Below, in pieces: positions 38,541 to 48,001 of a DNA stretch of 64,000 nt (positions are counted from its first letter, which is position 1; each line of letters begins with the position of its first letter). Under the pieces are notes generated by a model. The model saw only the letters and a list, made by a program, of their open reading frames with translations, was not told where the DNA came from and made no database searches. Origin of the DNA: an uncultured delta proteobacterium (GTDB taxonomy: Bacteria; Myxococcota; Myxococcia; Myxococcales; Anaeromyxobacteraceae); contig CAWHDZ010000026.1 of the NCBI GenBank assembly GCA_963828255.1, positions 32,001 through 96,000 of the forward strand, read 5' to 3'. The position numbers and the translations under genes were made by a program.

Positions 38541-39434
38541 ATGCCGGTCCTCGTCGAGATGACGTCCATCGTCGGGCCAGCGGAGATCCTGCGCCACGCC
38601 CTCGGGGCCGGCGGCCACTCCCCGGCGGACGACGGCGCGCTCGTCGCGGTCCCGTTTCGCGGCCACGCCCCGATGCGCGAGGCGCTTCGCCGGCTCGAGC
38701 GCGAGGGGCACGCTCCCTCGCGAGCCGCCGAGCCCGGCGACGTCGCCCTCGTGGACCAGGTCCAGGGACCGGGGCTCTGGTGGCCGTGGCTCGAGCTGGC
38801 GGTCGTCGAGGCGCCCGGTGGCGGCCGTGTCCTGGCGGCACGACGGACCGGCGACGCGCGCGACGAGGTCACGGTCCCGCCGGGGTGGAGCTTCCGGGGA
38901 AGCGCGAGCGCGACGTGGGGCGTGGGGGATCTCTCCGTCGCCGATCGGCCGCTCCGGCACGTCCGGAGAAAGGAGGAGCTCGACCTCTACGCCGACCGGT
39001 GGACCGGCGAGGAGGTGAGGCTCCGGCGGGAGCACGCCCGGGTTCGCGTTTCCGTGCGCGCACCGGGGGGAGGGGGCGGCCAGGTGGGCGCGGAGCTGGT
39101 CTCCCGGTGGGAGGAGATCGAGGTCGGCCTCATGTTCCGCGACGCCCTCGGTCCGGACGAGGGGATGCTCTTCCGGTTCGGCGAACCGCGCCTCCAGGCA
39201 TTCTGGATGAAGAACACCCGGGTCCCGCTCGACATCCTGTTCCTCGACGGGGCCGGCAAGGTCGTGAACGTCGCCGAGCGGGCCGAGCCGCTGCGGGCGG
39301 CGAAGCACCGATCGGCCGTTCCGGTCCCGGACGTGCTGGAGGTGCCGGGCGGATGGTGCGCGGCGCACGGCGTCGGCGCGGGATCGAGGGTGACGGTGCT
39401 GGACCCGGCGCCGGCTCCCGGGCCCCGCTCCTGA
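38541..39434 (+). CDS. DUF192 domain protein with an uncharacterised N-terminal domain
   Basis: GLMFR..L....GMLF.F......FWMKNT.VPLDILFLD..G.V...VLEV.GG in the C-terminal part. Confidence 0.85.
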   Translation: MPVLVEMTSIVGPAEILRHALGAGGHSPADDGALVAVPFRGHAPMREALRRLEREGHAPSRAAEPGDVALVDQVQGPGLWWPWLELAVVEAPGGGRVLAARRTGDARDEVTVPPGWSFRGSASATWGVGDLSVADRPLRHVRRKEELDLYADRWTGEEVRLRREHARVRVSVRAPGGGGGQVGAELVSRWEEIEVGLMFRDALGPDEGMLFRFGEPRLQAFWMKNTRVPLDILFLDGAGKVVNVAERAEPLRAAKHRSAVPVPDVLEVPGGWCAAHGVGAGSRVTVLDPAPAPGPRS

Positions 39435-39444
39435 CGGGCGCAGC

Positions 39445-40596
39445 CTACGGCTGCATCCTTCCGTGAAGGAACCGCACCAGCGCCTCGGTTTTCGGCACCA
39501 TCGACGAGAGCTCGATGAACTCCTCGTGCGTGTGGAAGCCCGCGCCGCGCGGCCCCAGCCCGTCGATCGACGGTACCCCCGCCGCGCCGGTGACCGCCGC
39601 GTCCGATCCGCCGCCGGAGAGGGGCGCCTCGCCGGAGCCCAGGCCAGCCAGCCGCTGGCATTCTCCGTACTCCGCCGCGAGCGCCGCCGAGGCCTCGGTC
39701 CGCACCAGCGAGGGCCGGCTGCCGGGGCGCAGCACCTCGATGCGCGTCCCGGGGACCGCCACCTCCAGTGCCGCCTGCGCGATGCTCGAGAGCGTGTCCG
39801 CGGCGTCGCCCGGCGCGAGGAAGCGCACGTCCACCTCGCACCGCGCCTCGGCCGGAACCGTGTTGCGCGTCGCCCCCCCCTCGAACCGCCCGACGCTGAC
39901 CGTGACTCCGCGTGAATAGTCGGTGAGCCCCTGGATCCGGTCCACGAAGCGGGAGAGCGCCCAGACCGCGTTCTTCCCCTTCTCGTGATCGCCGCCGGCG
40001 TGGGCGGCGACCCCGTGGGCCCGCGCGTCGAGCGAGGCGACCCCCTTTCTGCGGGTCACGATGAGGTCCCCGCCTCGACCCGATTCGAGCCCGAGCGCCG
40101 CCGCCGCGCCGCGCACCTTCGAGACGGTGATCGGCTGCGAGGTGGGCGAGCCCACCTCCTCGTCGGCCACGACGATGCCGTGTACCGCGACCCGGTCCAG
40201 CAAGCCCGCCTCGCGCAGCGCCCGCAGCGCGAAGATCCCCACCACGAGCCCCCCCTTCATGTCGAGGACGCCCGGTCCGAGCGCCCGCTCACCTTCGACC
40301 CGGTAGCCCTCGAAGGTGCCCGGGGGGAAGACCGTGTCGCAGTGGCCGATGAGGAAGGTGAACGGCCCGGGGGCCGGGCCGGCGAAGGAGAGGTGGTCGC
40401 CGAAGGCGCCGCCGGGGATCCGCTCCACCGCGACGCCGCTCGAGCGGAGCTCGCCCTCGACCACCGAGGCCACCGCGTTCACGCCCGGCACGTTTCGCGT
40501 GAAGGAGTTCTGGTCCACCAGGCGGCGCAGCAGCGCCTCCATCGCGGGGCGCTCCGCGGAGAGCCACGACACGGCCTTCTCGAGCGAGGGATCCAC
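39445..40596 (-). CDS. M20 family metallopeptidase (glutamate carboxypeptidase-like)
   Basis: GHCDTVF, GPGVLDMKGG, DEEVGS, AHAG, GGSD and HT.EE; start codon uncertain. Confidence 0.9.
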   Translation of the reverse strand: MDPSLEKAVSWLSAERPAMEALLRRLVDQNSFTRNVPGVNAVASVVEGELRSSGVAVERIPGGAFGDHLSFAGPAPGPFTFLIGHCDTVFPPGTFEGYRVEGERALGPGVLDMKGGLVVGIFALRALREAGLLDRVAVHGIVVADEEVGSPTSQPITVSKVRGAAAALGLESGRGGDLIVTRRKGVASLDARAHGVAAHAGGDHEKGKNAVWALSRFVDRIQGLTDYSRGVTVSVGRFEGGATRNTVPAEARCEVDVRFLAPGDAADTLSSIAQAALEVAVPGTRIEVLRPGSRPSLVRTEASAALAAEYGECQRLAGLGSGEAPLSGGGSDAAVTGAAGVPSIDGLGPRGAGFHTHEEFIELSSMVPKTEALVRFLHGRMQP

Positions 40597-40654
40597 TTCG
40601 TCCACCTCCAAGGGGCCGCGTGCCAGCGCGCCCGGGCGGGTATATGGTTTCATC

Positions 40655-41719
40655 ATGGCAGGACGCAAGCGCTTCAGGGCCGCGGTGATCGGTGGCTCGG
40701 GCTACGGCGGCGCCGAGATGATCCGGCGCCTCCTTCTCCACCCCGACGTCGAGCTCTGCCGGGTGGCGTCGGTGGACTTCGTGGGGGAGCCGCTCGGGGC
40801 GGCCCACCCGTCGCTCGAGGGGCGCTCCGACCTGGTCTTCGAGAACGTCGCGCCGGCGGCCGCCGCCGAGGGGATGGACGTCGTCCTCCTCGGCCTGCCT
40901 CACAAGGTCACCGCCCAGAAGGTTCCGGAGATCGCGGCGTTGCCCGGGGTGAAGGTGGTGGACATGTCCGGCGACTTCCGGCTCCAGGACGTCGCCGCCT
41001 ACGAGAGGTACTACGGGCAGCCCCACCCCCATCCGGAGCTGCTCCCCGGATTCGTCTACGGCCTGCCCGAGCTGAACCGCGAGCGCATCCGCCTCGCCCG
41101 CTTCGTGGCCTCGCCCGGCTGCTTCGCCACCTCCATCGAGCTGGGGCTCCTGCCCCTGGCCCGCGCCGGGCTCCTCGAGGGCGTGGTCCACGTCCAGGGC
41201 ATCACCGGAAGCTCCGGGTCCGGCGTGGCCCCGCAGGCCACCACCCACCACCCGGTCCGGGCCGGGAACCTCCGGGCGTACAAGCCCCTCTGGCACCAGC
41301 ACGTCCCGGAGGTGGAGGAGACGCTGGCCGCCGCCGGGGCGCGCGACCTCCAGCTGCGCTTCGTGCCGGTCTCGGCGCCGCTGGTGCGCGGGATCCTCAC
41401 CACCTCCTTCCTGGAGCTCCCCGAGGAGTGGACCGGGGAGCGGCTCGCGTCGCTCTACCGCGACGCCTTCGCGGGGGAGCCGTTCGTGCGGGTCCCGGCG
41501 CGGCGGCTTCCGGAGGTGGCGGCGGTCTCCGGCTCCAACTTCGCCGAGGTGGGCGTGGCGGCCGGGCCGGCCTGGCGCGGGTGGAGGACGGTGACGGTGG
41601 TCTCGGCCATCGACAACCTCATCAAGGGCGGGGCCGGGCAGGCCATCCAGAACATGAACCTCGTGCTCGGTCTCGACGAGAGCTGCTCGCTCGGGGACCC
41701 AGGCCCCTGGCCCCCGTGA
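40655..41719 (+). CDS. argC: N-acetyl-gamma-glutamyl-phosphate reductase
   Basis: GGSGYGG, LPH, DMSGDFR, YGLPE, PGCFAT (catalytic Cys) and DNLIKGGAGQAIQNMN. Confidence 0.95.
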   Translation: MAGRKRFRAAVIGGSGYGGAEMIRRLLLHPDVELCRVASVDFVGEPLGAAHPSLEGRSDLVFENVAPAAAAEGMDVVLLGLPHKVTAQKVPEIAALPGVKVVDMSGDFRLQDVAAYERYYGQPHPHPELLPGFVYGLPELNRERIRLARFVASPGCFATSIELGLLPLARAGLLEGVVHVQGITGSSGSGVAPQATTHHPVRAGNLRAYKPLWHQHVPEVEETLAAAGARDLQLRFVPVSAPLVRGILTTSFLELPEEWTGERLASLYRDAFAGEPFVRVPARRLPEVAAVSGSNFAEVGVAAGPAWRGWRTVTVVSAIDNLIKGGAGQAIQNMNLVLGLDESCSLGDPGPWPP

Positions 41720-41727
41720 GGAAGATC

Positions 41728-43221
41728 ATGACCATTCACCCCTGGTCAATGCTGGCCGCCGCCGTCGTCGCCGCGCTGCTGGCCTCCCCGGCCCTCGCCC
41801 AGGGTCCAGCCCCGGAAGGCGGACCCCTGAAGGTGGACCTGCCGCCCATCGCGACGCGCCCCACCGGGATCCGGCTGCCCGGCAAGGTGATCTGGTTCGA
41901 CCTGCTCTCCTCCGATCCTGGCAAGGTCATGCCCTTCTACGAGGGAGTGCTGGGCTGGACCATGGGGGACCGGGGCGGCTACGCCGTCGCAAGGGACGGG
42001 GACGTCCCCGTGGCGGGGATCCTCCGCATGCCGGCCCCGGCTGAGGGGACTGCTGCGCCGCAGTCGCGCTGGATGCCGCTCGTCTCCGTGCCCGACGTCG
42101 CGGCCGCGGTGGATGCGGTGAAGAAGGCGGGAGGGAGCGTGCTGGAGGGGCCGGGCAGCCTGGGCCGGCGAGGGGCCTACGTGGCCGTGGCCGACCCGCG
42201 GGGCGCGCAGTTCGTCCTCGTGACGGCGACAGGCGGCGATCCGGTGGACGCCGACGCACCGCCGCCGGGGTGGATCTGGGCCGAGCTCTGGACCGACGAC
42301 CCCAAGGGTTCGGCGAAGTTCTACAAGGCGGCGGTGGGCTACGAGACCTGGCAGGTGGGGGCCGGGAAGCAGGCCACCTGGATCTTCGCCTCGGGAGGGC
42401 GTCCCCGGGCCCGCGCCGCGCGCATGCCCTTCGAGAAGGTCCCGCCCCAGTGGCTGCCCTACGTGGTGGTGGCGGATCTGAAGCTCGCGCTCTCGCGGGT
42501 GGCCGAGTACGGCGGCCAGGTGCTGCGCAGGCCGGGCGCGAAGGGGGCGCAGTTCGCGGTGGTCTCCGACCCCGGGGGCGCGGTCTTCATCCTGGAGCAG
42601 CGCCCCGAGCAGCCGGCCGAGGACCTCGCGAAGACGTCCGGCGCGGCAGCGGGCGGCGCGGCCACCGCGGCCGCCGCGGCGCCCATCCCTCCGGCTCCGC
42701 CTCCCGATGCCCCTGCCGACGCCTACGGACTCGACGCCGCCCAGCAGAAGGCCGAGCAGGAGGCCGCGGCCCAGGCCGTCCTCGCCCAGCCCGGGCAGAT
42801 CACCGCCATGCCGTCCGGCGACCTCGGTGCGGAGGTGGTCGTCGCGGTTCCTCAACCCTTCGTCAACGTCTGGATCGCCCCGCCGGCCTGGGGGCCCTAC
42901 TGGGGAGGCGCGGGCTGGGGCTTTCCCCCCGGCTGGATCGGGGCGCCCTGGTGGGGAATGCCTCCGGTCTGGGGCCCGGGCTTTCCGCCTCCCTACCGTC
43001 CCGGCGGCGGCGGTTACTACCCGGGATACCGGCCACCTCCCCGCCCGGGCGGAGGCTCCGGCCCCCGGCCGCCCCCTCCGGGCTACCGTGCCCCGGCGCC
43101 TTCCCCGCGCGGTGGCGTGTCGGCCCCGGCTCCGTCCACGCGCTCCGCGCCTGCACCGTCGGTTCGCCCCTCGGCGCCCTCCGCTCCCCGCCCCGCACCC
43201 GCCGCACCCCGTCCCCGCTAG
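41728..43221 (+). CDS. Secreted tandem VOC (glyoxalase/bleomycin-resistance) protein with Pro/Gly/Trp-rich tail
   Basis: Signal peptide ending ALA-Q; two W.(D/E)L...D......FY....G(W/Y)...W.P.V.V.D...DP.GA repeats; low-complexity C-terminus. Confidence 0.85.
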   Translation: MTIHPWSMLAAAVVAALLASPALAQGPAPEGGPLKVDLPPIATRPTGIRLPGKVIWFDLLSSDPGKVMPFYEGVLGWTMGDRGGYAVARDGDVPVAGILRMPAPAEGTAAPQSRWMPLVSVPDVAAAVDAVKKAGGSVLEGPGSLGRRGAYVAVADPRGAQFVLVTATGGDPVDADAPPPGWIWAELWTDDPKGSAKFYKAAVGYETWQVGAGKQATWIFASGGRPRARAARMPFEKVPPQWLPYVVVADLKLALSRVAEYGGQVLRRPGAKGAQFAVVSDPGGAVFILEQRPEQPAEDLAKTSGAAAGGAATAAAAAPIPPAPPPDAPADAYGLDAAQQKAEQEAAAQAVLAQPGQITAMPSGDLGAEVVVAVPQPFVNVWIAPPAWGPYWGGAGWGFPPGWIGAPWWGMPPVWGPGFPPPYRPGGGGYYPGYRPPPRPGGGSGPRPPPPGYRAPAPSPRGGVSAPAPSTRSAPAPSVRPSAPSAPRPAPAAPRPR

Positions 43222-43230
43222 GAGAAGCCC

Positions 43231-44049
43231 TTGAAGACCGTGGTCGTGAAGATCGGCGGCGAGATCACCGCCACGCCGGAGATGGATGCCGTCGCCCAGG
43301 ACGTCCGCGCCCTTCTCGAGGAGGGGCACCGGGTCAGCATCGTCCACGGTGGCGGGCCCCAGGCCACGGCGCTCCAGAAGAAGCTCGGGCTCGAGACCCG
43401 GATGGTGGCGGGGAAGCGCTTCACCGACCCGGAGACGCTCGAGGTCATGAAGTACGCGGTGGCTGGCAAGGTGAACGTGGACGTCTGCGCCCGCCTCCTC
43501 GCCAACGGGGTGCTGGGCGTCGGCCTCCACGGGGCCAGCGGCCACGTCATCGCCGCCCGCCGCCGCCCGCCGCGCGTGCTGACCGGGGCCGGCCCCGACC
43601 CGGTGGATCTCGGCCTGGTGGGGGACGTGGTGGGCTTCAACCTCCCCTTCCTCGGCGACCTCTGGGCCCGCGGCTACGTGCCGGTGCTGGCCTGCCTGGG
43701 CTGCGACCGGGAGGGGCAGCCGCTCAACATCAACGGCGACACGGTGGCGAGCCAGCTGGCCGGCGCGCTGCGGGCCGACGCGCTCGTGCTGGTCACCTCG
43801 GCGCCCGGCGTGCTGCGCGACGTGAAGGATCCCGGAAGCCGCATCCCCCGGATCACCCATGGTGACTTCACCCGGGGTGTCGCGGACGGGTCGATCTCCG
43901 GCGGGATGATCCCCAAGCTGGAGGAGTCCTTCGAGGTGCTGAAGGACGGGGCCCGATCGGTGGTCATCGTGGGGCGCCTCGCCCCGGGCGACCTGCGCCG
44001 CGCCGTCCTCGAGCCGGGGAGCGTGGGGACCGTGCTCGTCGAGGGGTAG
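43231..44049 (+). CDS. argB: Acetylglutamate kinase
   Basis: VVVKIGG, VHGGGPQ, G.RFTD, NINGD and GGMIPKL. Confidence 0.95.
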   Translation: MKTVVVKIGGEITATPEMDAVAQDVRALLEEGHRVSIVHGGGPQATALQKKLGLETRMVAGKRFTDPETLEVMKYAVAGKVNVDVCARLLANGVLGVGLHGASGHVIAARRRPPRVLTGAGPDPVDLGLVGDVVGFNLPFLGDLWARGYVPVLACLGCDREGQPLNINGDTVASQLAGALRADALVLVTSAPGVLRDVKDPGSRIPRITHGDFTRGVADGSISGGMIPKLEESFEVLKDGARSVVIVGRLAPGDLRRAVLEPGSVGTVLVEG

Positions 44050-44053
44050 CCCC

Positions 44054-45304
44054 TCAAGAACGCACGTCCCGCTCCTCCTCCGGCTTCACCCTCCGGAAAT
44101 CGCGCCAGAGCAGGAGGTCGTAGAGGATCTTCAGGCCCCCGGCCACGAAGAAGGGCACGCTGGCCAGCGCCGGCACGGCGAAGAGCGGTCCGGCCAGGAG
44201 CGGCGCCACCGAGGATCCGATGGTCCGGGCCATGCCGGTGACCCCGGCCGCCGCCGACCGCTCGTCGGGCGCCACCACCGCCATGGTGTAGGACTGGCGC
44301 GTCGGCACGTCCATCTGGGAGATGGAGAAGCGAAGCAGCAGCACGCCGATGGCGAGCGGCAGGGTGGGCATGAGGGGCACGAGCACGAGGAGGACGTTGG
44401 AGGGCAGGTGGGTGAACACCATGGTGTTCAGCAGGCCGAAGCGGTTCGCCAGCCACCCGGCCGAGAGCGCCGAGATCCCCGCCAGCACGTTGGCCCCGAA
44501 GAAGATGGCGCCCAGCGTGGCCTCGTCGGCCCCGAACCGCGCGTGGAACCACCAGGCCACGAAGCTCTGCACCACGAAGCCGCCGGCGAGGGCGTCGAGC
44601 GCGAAGAGGGACGAGAGCCGGAAGACCACCTTCCTCGATCCGCGCAGCCCGAGCCCGGGCTCGAGGAACGAGGGACGGCGGTCCCGGCGCTCCGTCGGCG
44701 GTGGTTCCACGGCGGGGCCGAGCCGCGTGAAGAGCAGGAGCAGCGCGGCGCCCAGCACCGCGTATCCCAGGACCACGGCGCGGTTGGCGGCGAGCGGCGT
44801 CGCGCCGCCCGCCTGGAGCCCCTGCGAGAGGAGCCCGCCGGCCAGCGATCCGAGCGCGGTGGCGAAGGAGCCGACCAGCGCGTACCAGGAGAAGACCTGC
44901 GTGCGCCGCTCGCCCGGGACGGCCTGCGCCAGGGCCGCCTGCTCGATGGCCAGGAACGGGCCGACCTCGTTGCCGGCCGGGCTGATGATCCCGATGGTGG
45001 CGGCGAGGAGGAGCACCCAGAAGGAGGAGGTGGCGGCGAAGAGGAGGCCGGCGAGGACCATCATGGCCGCGCCGAGGAGCAGCATCCGCCGGCGCCCGAT
45101 GCGATCGGCGTGGGTGGTGATCCAGAGGGAGAGGACGGTGTCGCCGAGGAGGGTCAGCGAGAGCAGCAGCCCGATGCGCCCCTCGGAGAGGCCGGCCTCG
45201 GAGAGGTAGAGGACCAGCACCACCGCCAGGAAGCCGTAGGAGAAGAGGCGCAGGCTGCGGGTGGTGAAGAGCAGCACGACGTCGCGGGAGGGGCGGGTGG
45301 CCAC
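44054..45304 (-). CDS. MFS transporter
   Basis: ADRIGRRR motif A, NEVGPF.AIEQA and SQMDVPTRQSY; multi-TM. Confidence 0.9.
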   Translation of the reverse strand: MATRPSRDVVLLFTTRSLRLFSYGFLAVVLVLYLSEAGLSEGRIGLLLSLTLLGDTVLSLWITTHADRIGRRRMLLLGAAMMVLAGLLFAATSSFWVLLLAATIGIISPAGNEVGPFLAIEQAALAQAVPGERRTQVFSWYALVGSFATALGSLAGGLLSQGLQAGGATPLAANRAVVLGYAVLGAALLLLFTRLGPAVEPPPTERRDRRPSFLEPGLGLRGSRKVVFRLSSLFALDALAGGFVVQSFVAWWFHARFGADEATLGAIFFGANVLAGISALSAGWLANRFGLLNTMVFTHLPSNVLLVLVPLMPTLPLAIGVLLLRFSISQMDVPTRQSYTMAVVAPDERSAAAGVTGMARTIGSSVAPLLAGPLFAVPALASVPFFVAGGLKILYDLLLWRDFRRVKPEEERDVRS

Positions 45305-45347
45305 GCCCCGGTTATATGCGGCGACGGACCCGTCGAGGAGGTACACC

Positions 45348-45747
45348 GTGCCCGAGTCCCCCGGCTTCGTCGCCTTCGCCGTCGAGCTGCTCTCCCGCGT
45401 CGGCCCGGTGCGTGCCCGCGCCATGTTCGGCGGCCACGGCGTCTACTGCGGAGATCTCGATGATCGGCCTGGTGGACGACGACGAGATCTTCCTCAAGAC
45501 CGACGGGGAGACCCGGCCGCGTTTCGAGGGGGCGGGGTGCCGGCAGTGGGTCTTCACCGGCGGCGGCAAGGAGATGAGGTCGAGCTACTTCCGGCCGCCC
45601 GACGAGGCCCACGAGTCGCCCGAGGACATGGAACCGTGGGGACGGCTTGCGCTCGAGGCGGCGCGGAGGACGGCGAAGGCGAAGAGGGCAAAGACATCGA
45701 AAAGAAAAGGGAAAATAGCGAACAAGTCGATCCGGAAACGTCCTTGA
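45348..45747 (+). pseudogene. TfoX/Sxy N-terminal-domain protein with a +1 frameshift
   Basis: GGAGG SD and GTG; RAMFGGHGVYCGDL continues in another frame as MIGLVDDDEIFLKTD...SYFRPP; extra G at about 45459. Confidence 0.8.
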
Positions 45748-45775
45748 CGGACAACCATACGACCAGTACGGCTAT

Positions 45776-45983
45776 CCACTCGTGGACGTCTCCGAGCGCG
45801 ACGCGCTCTACCGCGCCATGGAGGAACCGTAGGTGTTCGTCGTCGACACCAACGTGCTCGTCTACGCGGCGAACGCCGGCTCCCCATTTCACCCTGCGTG
45901 AAAGTAGGCCCTCGAGTCGTGGCGGCGCGCGCCGGGCGCCTGGTACGGCACCTGGGCCTTCGTGGAGTCGCTGCTCGCCCCCC
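45776..45983 (+). pseudogene. vapBC toxin-antitoxin relic
   Basis: Antitoxin-like tail PLVDVSERDALYRAMEEP* immediately followed by PIN-type start VFVVDTNVLVYAAN..SPFH, with in-frame stops at 45899 and 45905. Confidence 0.75.
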
Positions 45984-47015
45984 TCACGCGAACGGCACCA
46001 CGTCCACCGCGTCCCCCGCCGAGACGCCCAGGAGCCGGGCGGCCTCCCCGGGGATCCGCACCCGCCCGCCCGCCACCCGCGCCCGCGTCCGCACGGCCCG
46101 GAAGCGATCCGGCCCGGAGGAGCGCACCACCCCCGCGAGCACCTCGGGATCGCGCCGCGAGGCCTCGAGCGGCTCCCCCGCCAGCTCGAGCCGGCGGTGC
46201 GCGCGCACCAGGGAGATCTCGGCCAGCTTCGCCTCGTAGTGCGGGCCGCCGTCGAAGGGGTCGATGCGGTCCACGTGGCGGAAGCCGATGCGGGCCAGCA
46301 TCCGGCGCGCCCCCTCGGTGCTCCGCCCCACCTTCCCGAGCGCCTTCTGGACCCGGGGCGGGAGCAGGGTCGCGTAGAACTCGCCCCCCGGGAAGAGCTG
46401 CTGGATGAACTCCTTGCCGCGGCGCGAGAGCTTGTCGGCGTCCTGGTAGTCGAGCCCCGTGAAGCGCCGGCCGAAGCTCTCCCAGAAGGCGCTTCGGCCG
46501 TCCTTCGCGAGCGGCGGCATGAGCTCGGCGAGCACCGTGTCCCGGAAGCGGTCGGGGAACATGGCCATGAAGAGGAAGCGCACCAGCGAGAGCTGCTTTC
46601 CGGGCCGGTCGGGGCCGCGCCGCGACCGTGGGTCCACGACCAAGCCTCCGATCTCGGTGGGTCCGTCGAAGTGGAAGCCGATGGAGAGCACCCGGTGCCG
46701 GAAGTGGCGGTCCAGGGTGGAGGAGTAGCTCTCACGCTCGGTGACATCGAGGAAGGTGCAAGGGGACGCGCGGGTGCCGTGCTGGGCGATCACCATCGAG
46801 GTGCCCAGCACCCGGCCGCGGCGCGGGTCCTCGAGCACGAAGACGTAGCTGCGGCGCAGCGGGTCGGCGATGCGCCCGGCGAAGCTCCGCACCGACCGCT
46901 CGATGATGCCCGAGAGCGCCCGCTCGTCGGCCGGCAGGTTCACCGAGTTGAGCACCCGGGCCAGCGCCTTCAGCCGGGGCAGGTCGGACTTCCGGACGTC
47001 GCGGAGCACGAGCAC
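45984..47015 (-). CDS. astA: Arginine N-succinyltransferase (AstA/AruFG family)
   Basis: NLP.D...L...[36 protein letters not shown] and IDPFDGGP. Confidence 0.9.
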   Translation of the reverse strand: MLVLRDVRKSDLPRLKALARVLNSVNLPADERALSGIIERSVRSFAGRIADPLRRSYVFVLEDPRRGRVLGTSMVIAQHGTRASPCTFLDVTERESYSSTLDRHFRHRVLSIGFHFDGPTEIGGLVVDPRSRRGPDRPGKQLSLVRFLFMAMFPDRFRDTVLAELMPPLAKDGRSAFWESFGRRFTGLDYQDADKLSRRGKEFIQQLFPGGEFYATLLPPRVQKALGKVGRSTEGARRMLARIGFRHVDRIDPFDGGPHYEAKLAEISLVRAHRRLELAGEPLEASRRDPEVLAGVVRSSGPDRFRAVRTRARVAGGRVRIPGEAARLLGVSAGDAVDVVPFA

Positions 47016-47059
47016 GGCCGGAGATTGGCACGGGCCGGTGCGCGTGTCATGAAGGGCGC

Positions 47060-47503
47060 ATGCGATCGGTGGTGCAGCGGGTGTCGCGGGGAGTGGTGCG
47101 GGTGGACCGGCAGGTGGTGGGCGAGGTGGGGCGCGGCCTGGTGGTCCTCCTCGGTGTGGCGGACGGGGACTCCTCCGAGGACGCCGGCTGGACGGCCGAC
47201 AAGCTGGCCCAGCTGCGCATCTTCGAGGACGAGGCCGGCAAGATGAACCGGTCGGTCAGGGACGTGGGCGGCTCGGTGCTCCTCGTCTCCCAGTTCACGC
47301 TGCTCGGCGACGCCCGCAAGGGCAACCGCCCCAGCTTCACCGGGGCCGCCCCGCCGGAGACGGCGAACGCCCTCTACGAGCAGGTGGCCGGACTGCTGCG
47401 CGCCCGCGGCCTCACGGTCGCGACCGGGGTCTTCCGGGCCCACATGGAGGTGGAGCTCGTCAACGACGGGCCGGTGACCCTGCTCCTCGACTCGCGGCGC
47501 TGA
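47060..47503 (+). CDS. dtd: D-aminoacyl-tRNA deacylase
   Basis: VVQRV, VSQFTL, KGNRPSF and NDGPVT. Confidence 0.97.
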   Translation: MRSVVQRVSRGVVRVDRQVVGEVGRGLVVLLGVADGDSSEDAGWTADKLAQLRIFEDEAGKMNRSVRDVGGSVLLVSQFTLLGDARKGNRPSFTGAAPPETANALYEQVAGLLRARGLTVATGVFRAHMEVELVNDGPVTLLLDSRR

Positions 47504-47567
47504 TCGGTCCGCGGTATCCTCTCACCGACCGTGCGGCCCGACCGGCCGCCCACGAGCGAGGTGACCT

Positions 47568-47912
47568 GTGGCCGACTGCCTCTTCTGCAAGATCGCGCGC
47601 AAGGAGGTCCCCGCCAGCCTCCTCTACGAGGACGAGGACGCGCTGGCCTTCGAGGACATCAACCCGCAGGCCCCGGTCCACGTGCTGGTGGTCCCCAGGC
47701 GGCACATCCCGACGCTGAACGACCTCACTCCGGCCGACGACGCGCTGGTCGGCAAGCTGGCCCGCATCTCCGCGACCATCGCCCGGGATCGGGGCATCGC
47801 CGAGGCCGGCTGGCGCAGCGTGGTCAACGTGAACCGGGAGGGAGGCCAGCTCATCTTCCACGTCCACATGCATTGCATGGGCGGACGACCGATGTTCTGG
47901 CCACCTGGCTAG
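47568..47912 (+). CDS. HIT family nucleotide-binding protein (HinT-like)
   Basis: CLFCKI, DINPQAPVH.LV.P and HVHMH triad. Confidence 0.95.
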   Translation: MADCLFCKIARKEVPASLLYEDEDALAFEDINPQAPVHVLVVPRRHIPTLNDLTPADDALVGKLARISATIARDRGIAEAGWRSVVNVNREGGQLIFHVHMHCMGGRPMFWPPG

Positions 47913-48001
47913 CGCCCGGGGTGTCAAGGCCCCCCGGTCCGAATTTCGTGCCGCGGTGCGGCTTGAAGATGGGGGCGGTCATCTGGGATCACAGGTGTCC
48001 C

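Noticed and set aside
39985..43221. 1078-aa ORF read as one large protein
   Set aside because: The N-terminal half is off-frame noise over the M20 gene and argC; the real gene starts at 41728 with a signal peptide
40655..44049. argC/argB as LysW-dependent lysY/lysZ
   Set aside because: No lysW or lysX nearby and no obvious basic LysW-binding insertion; ordinary arg genes are the simpler call
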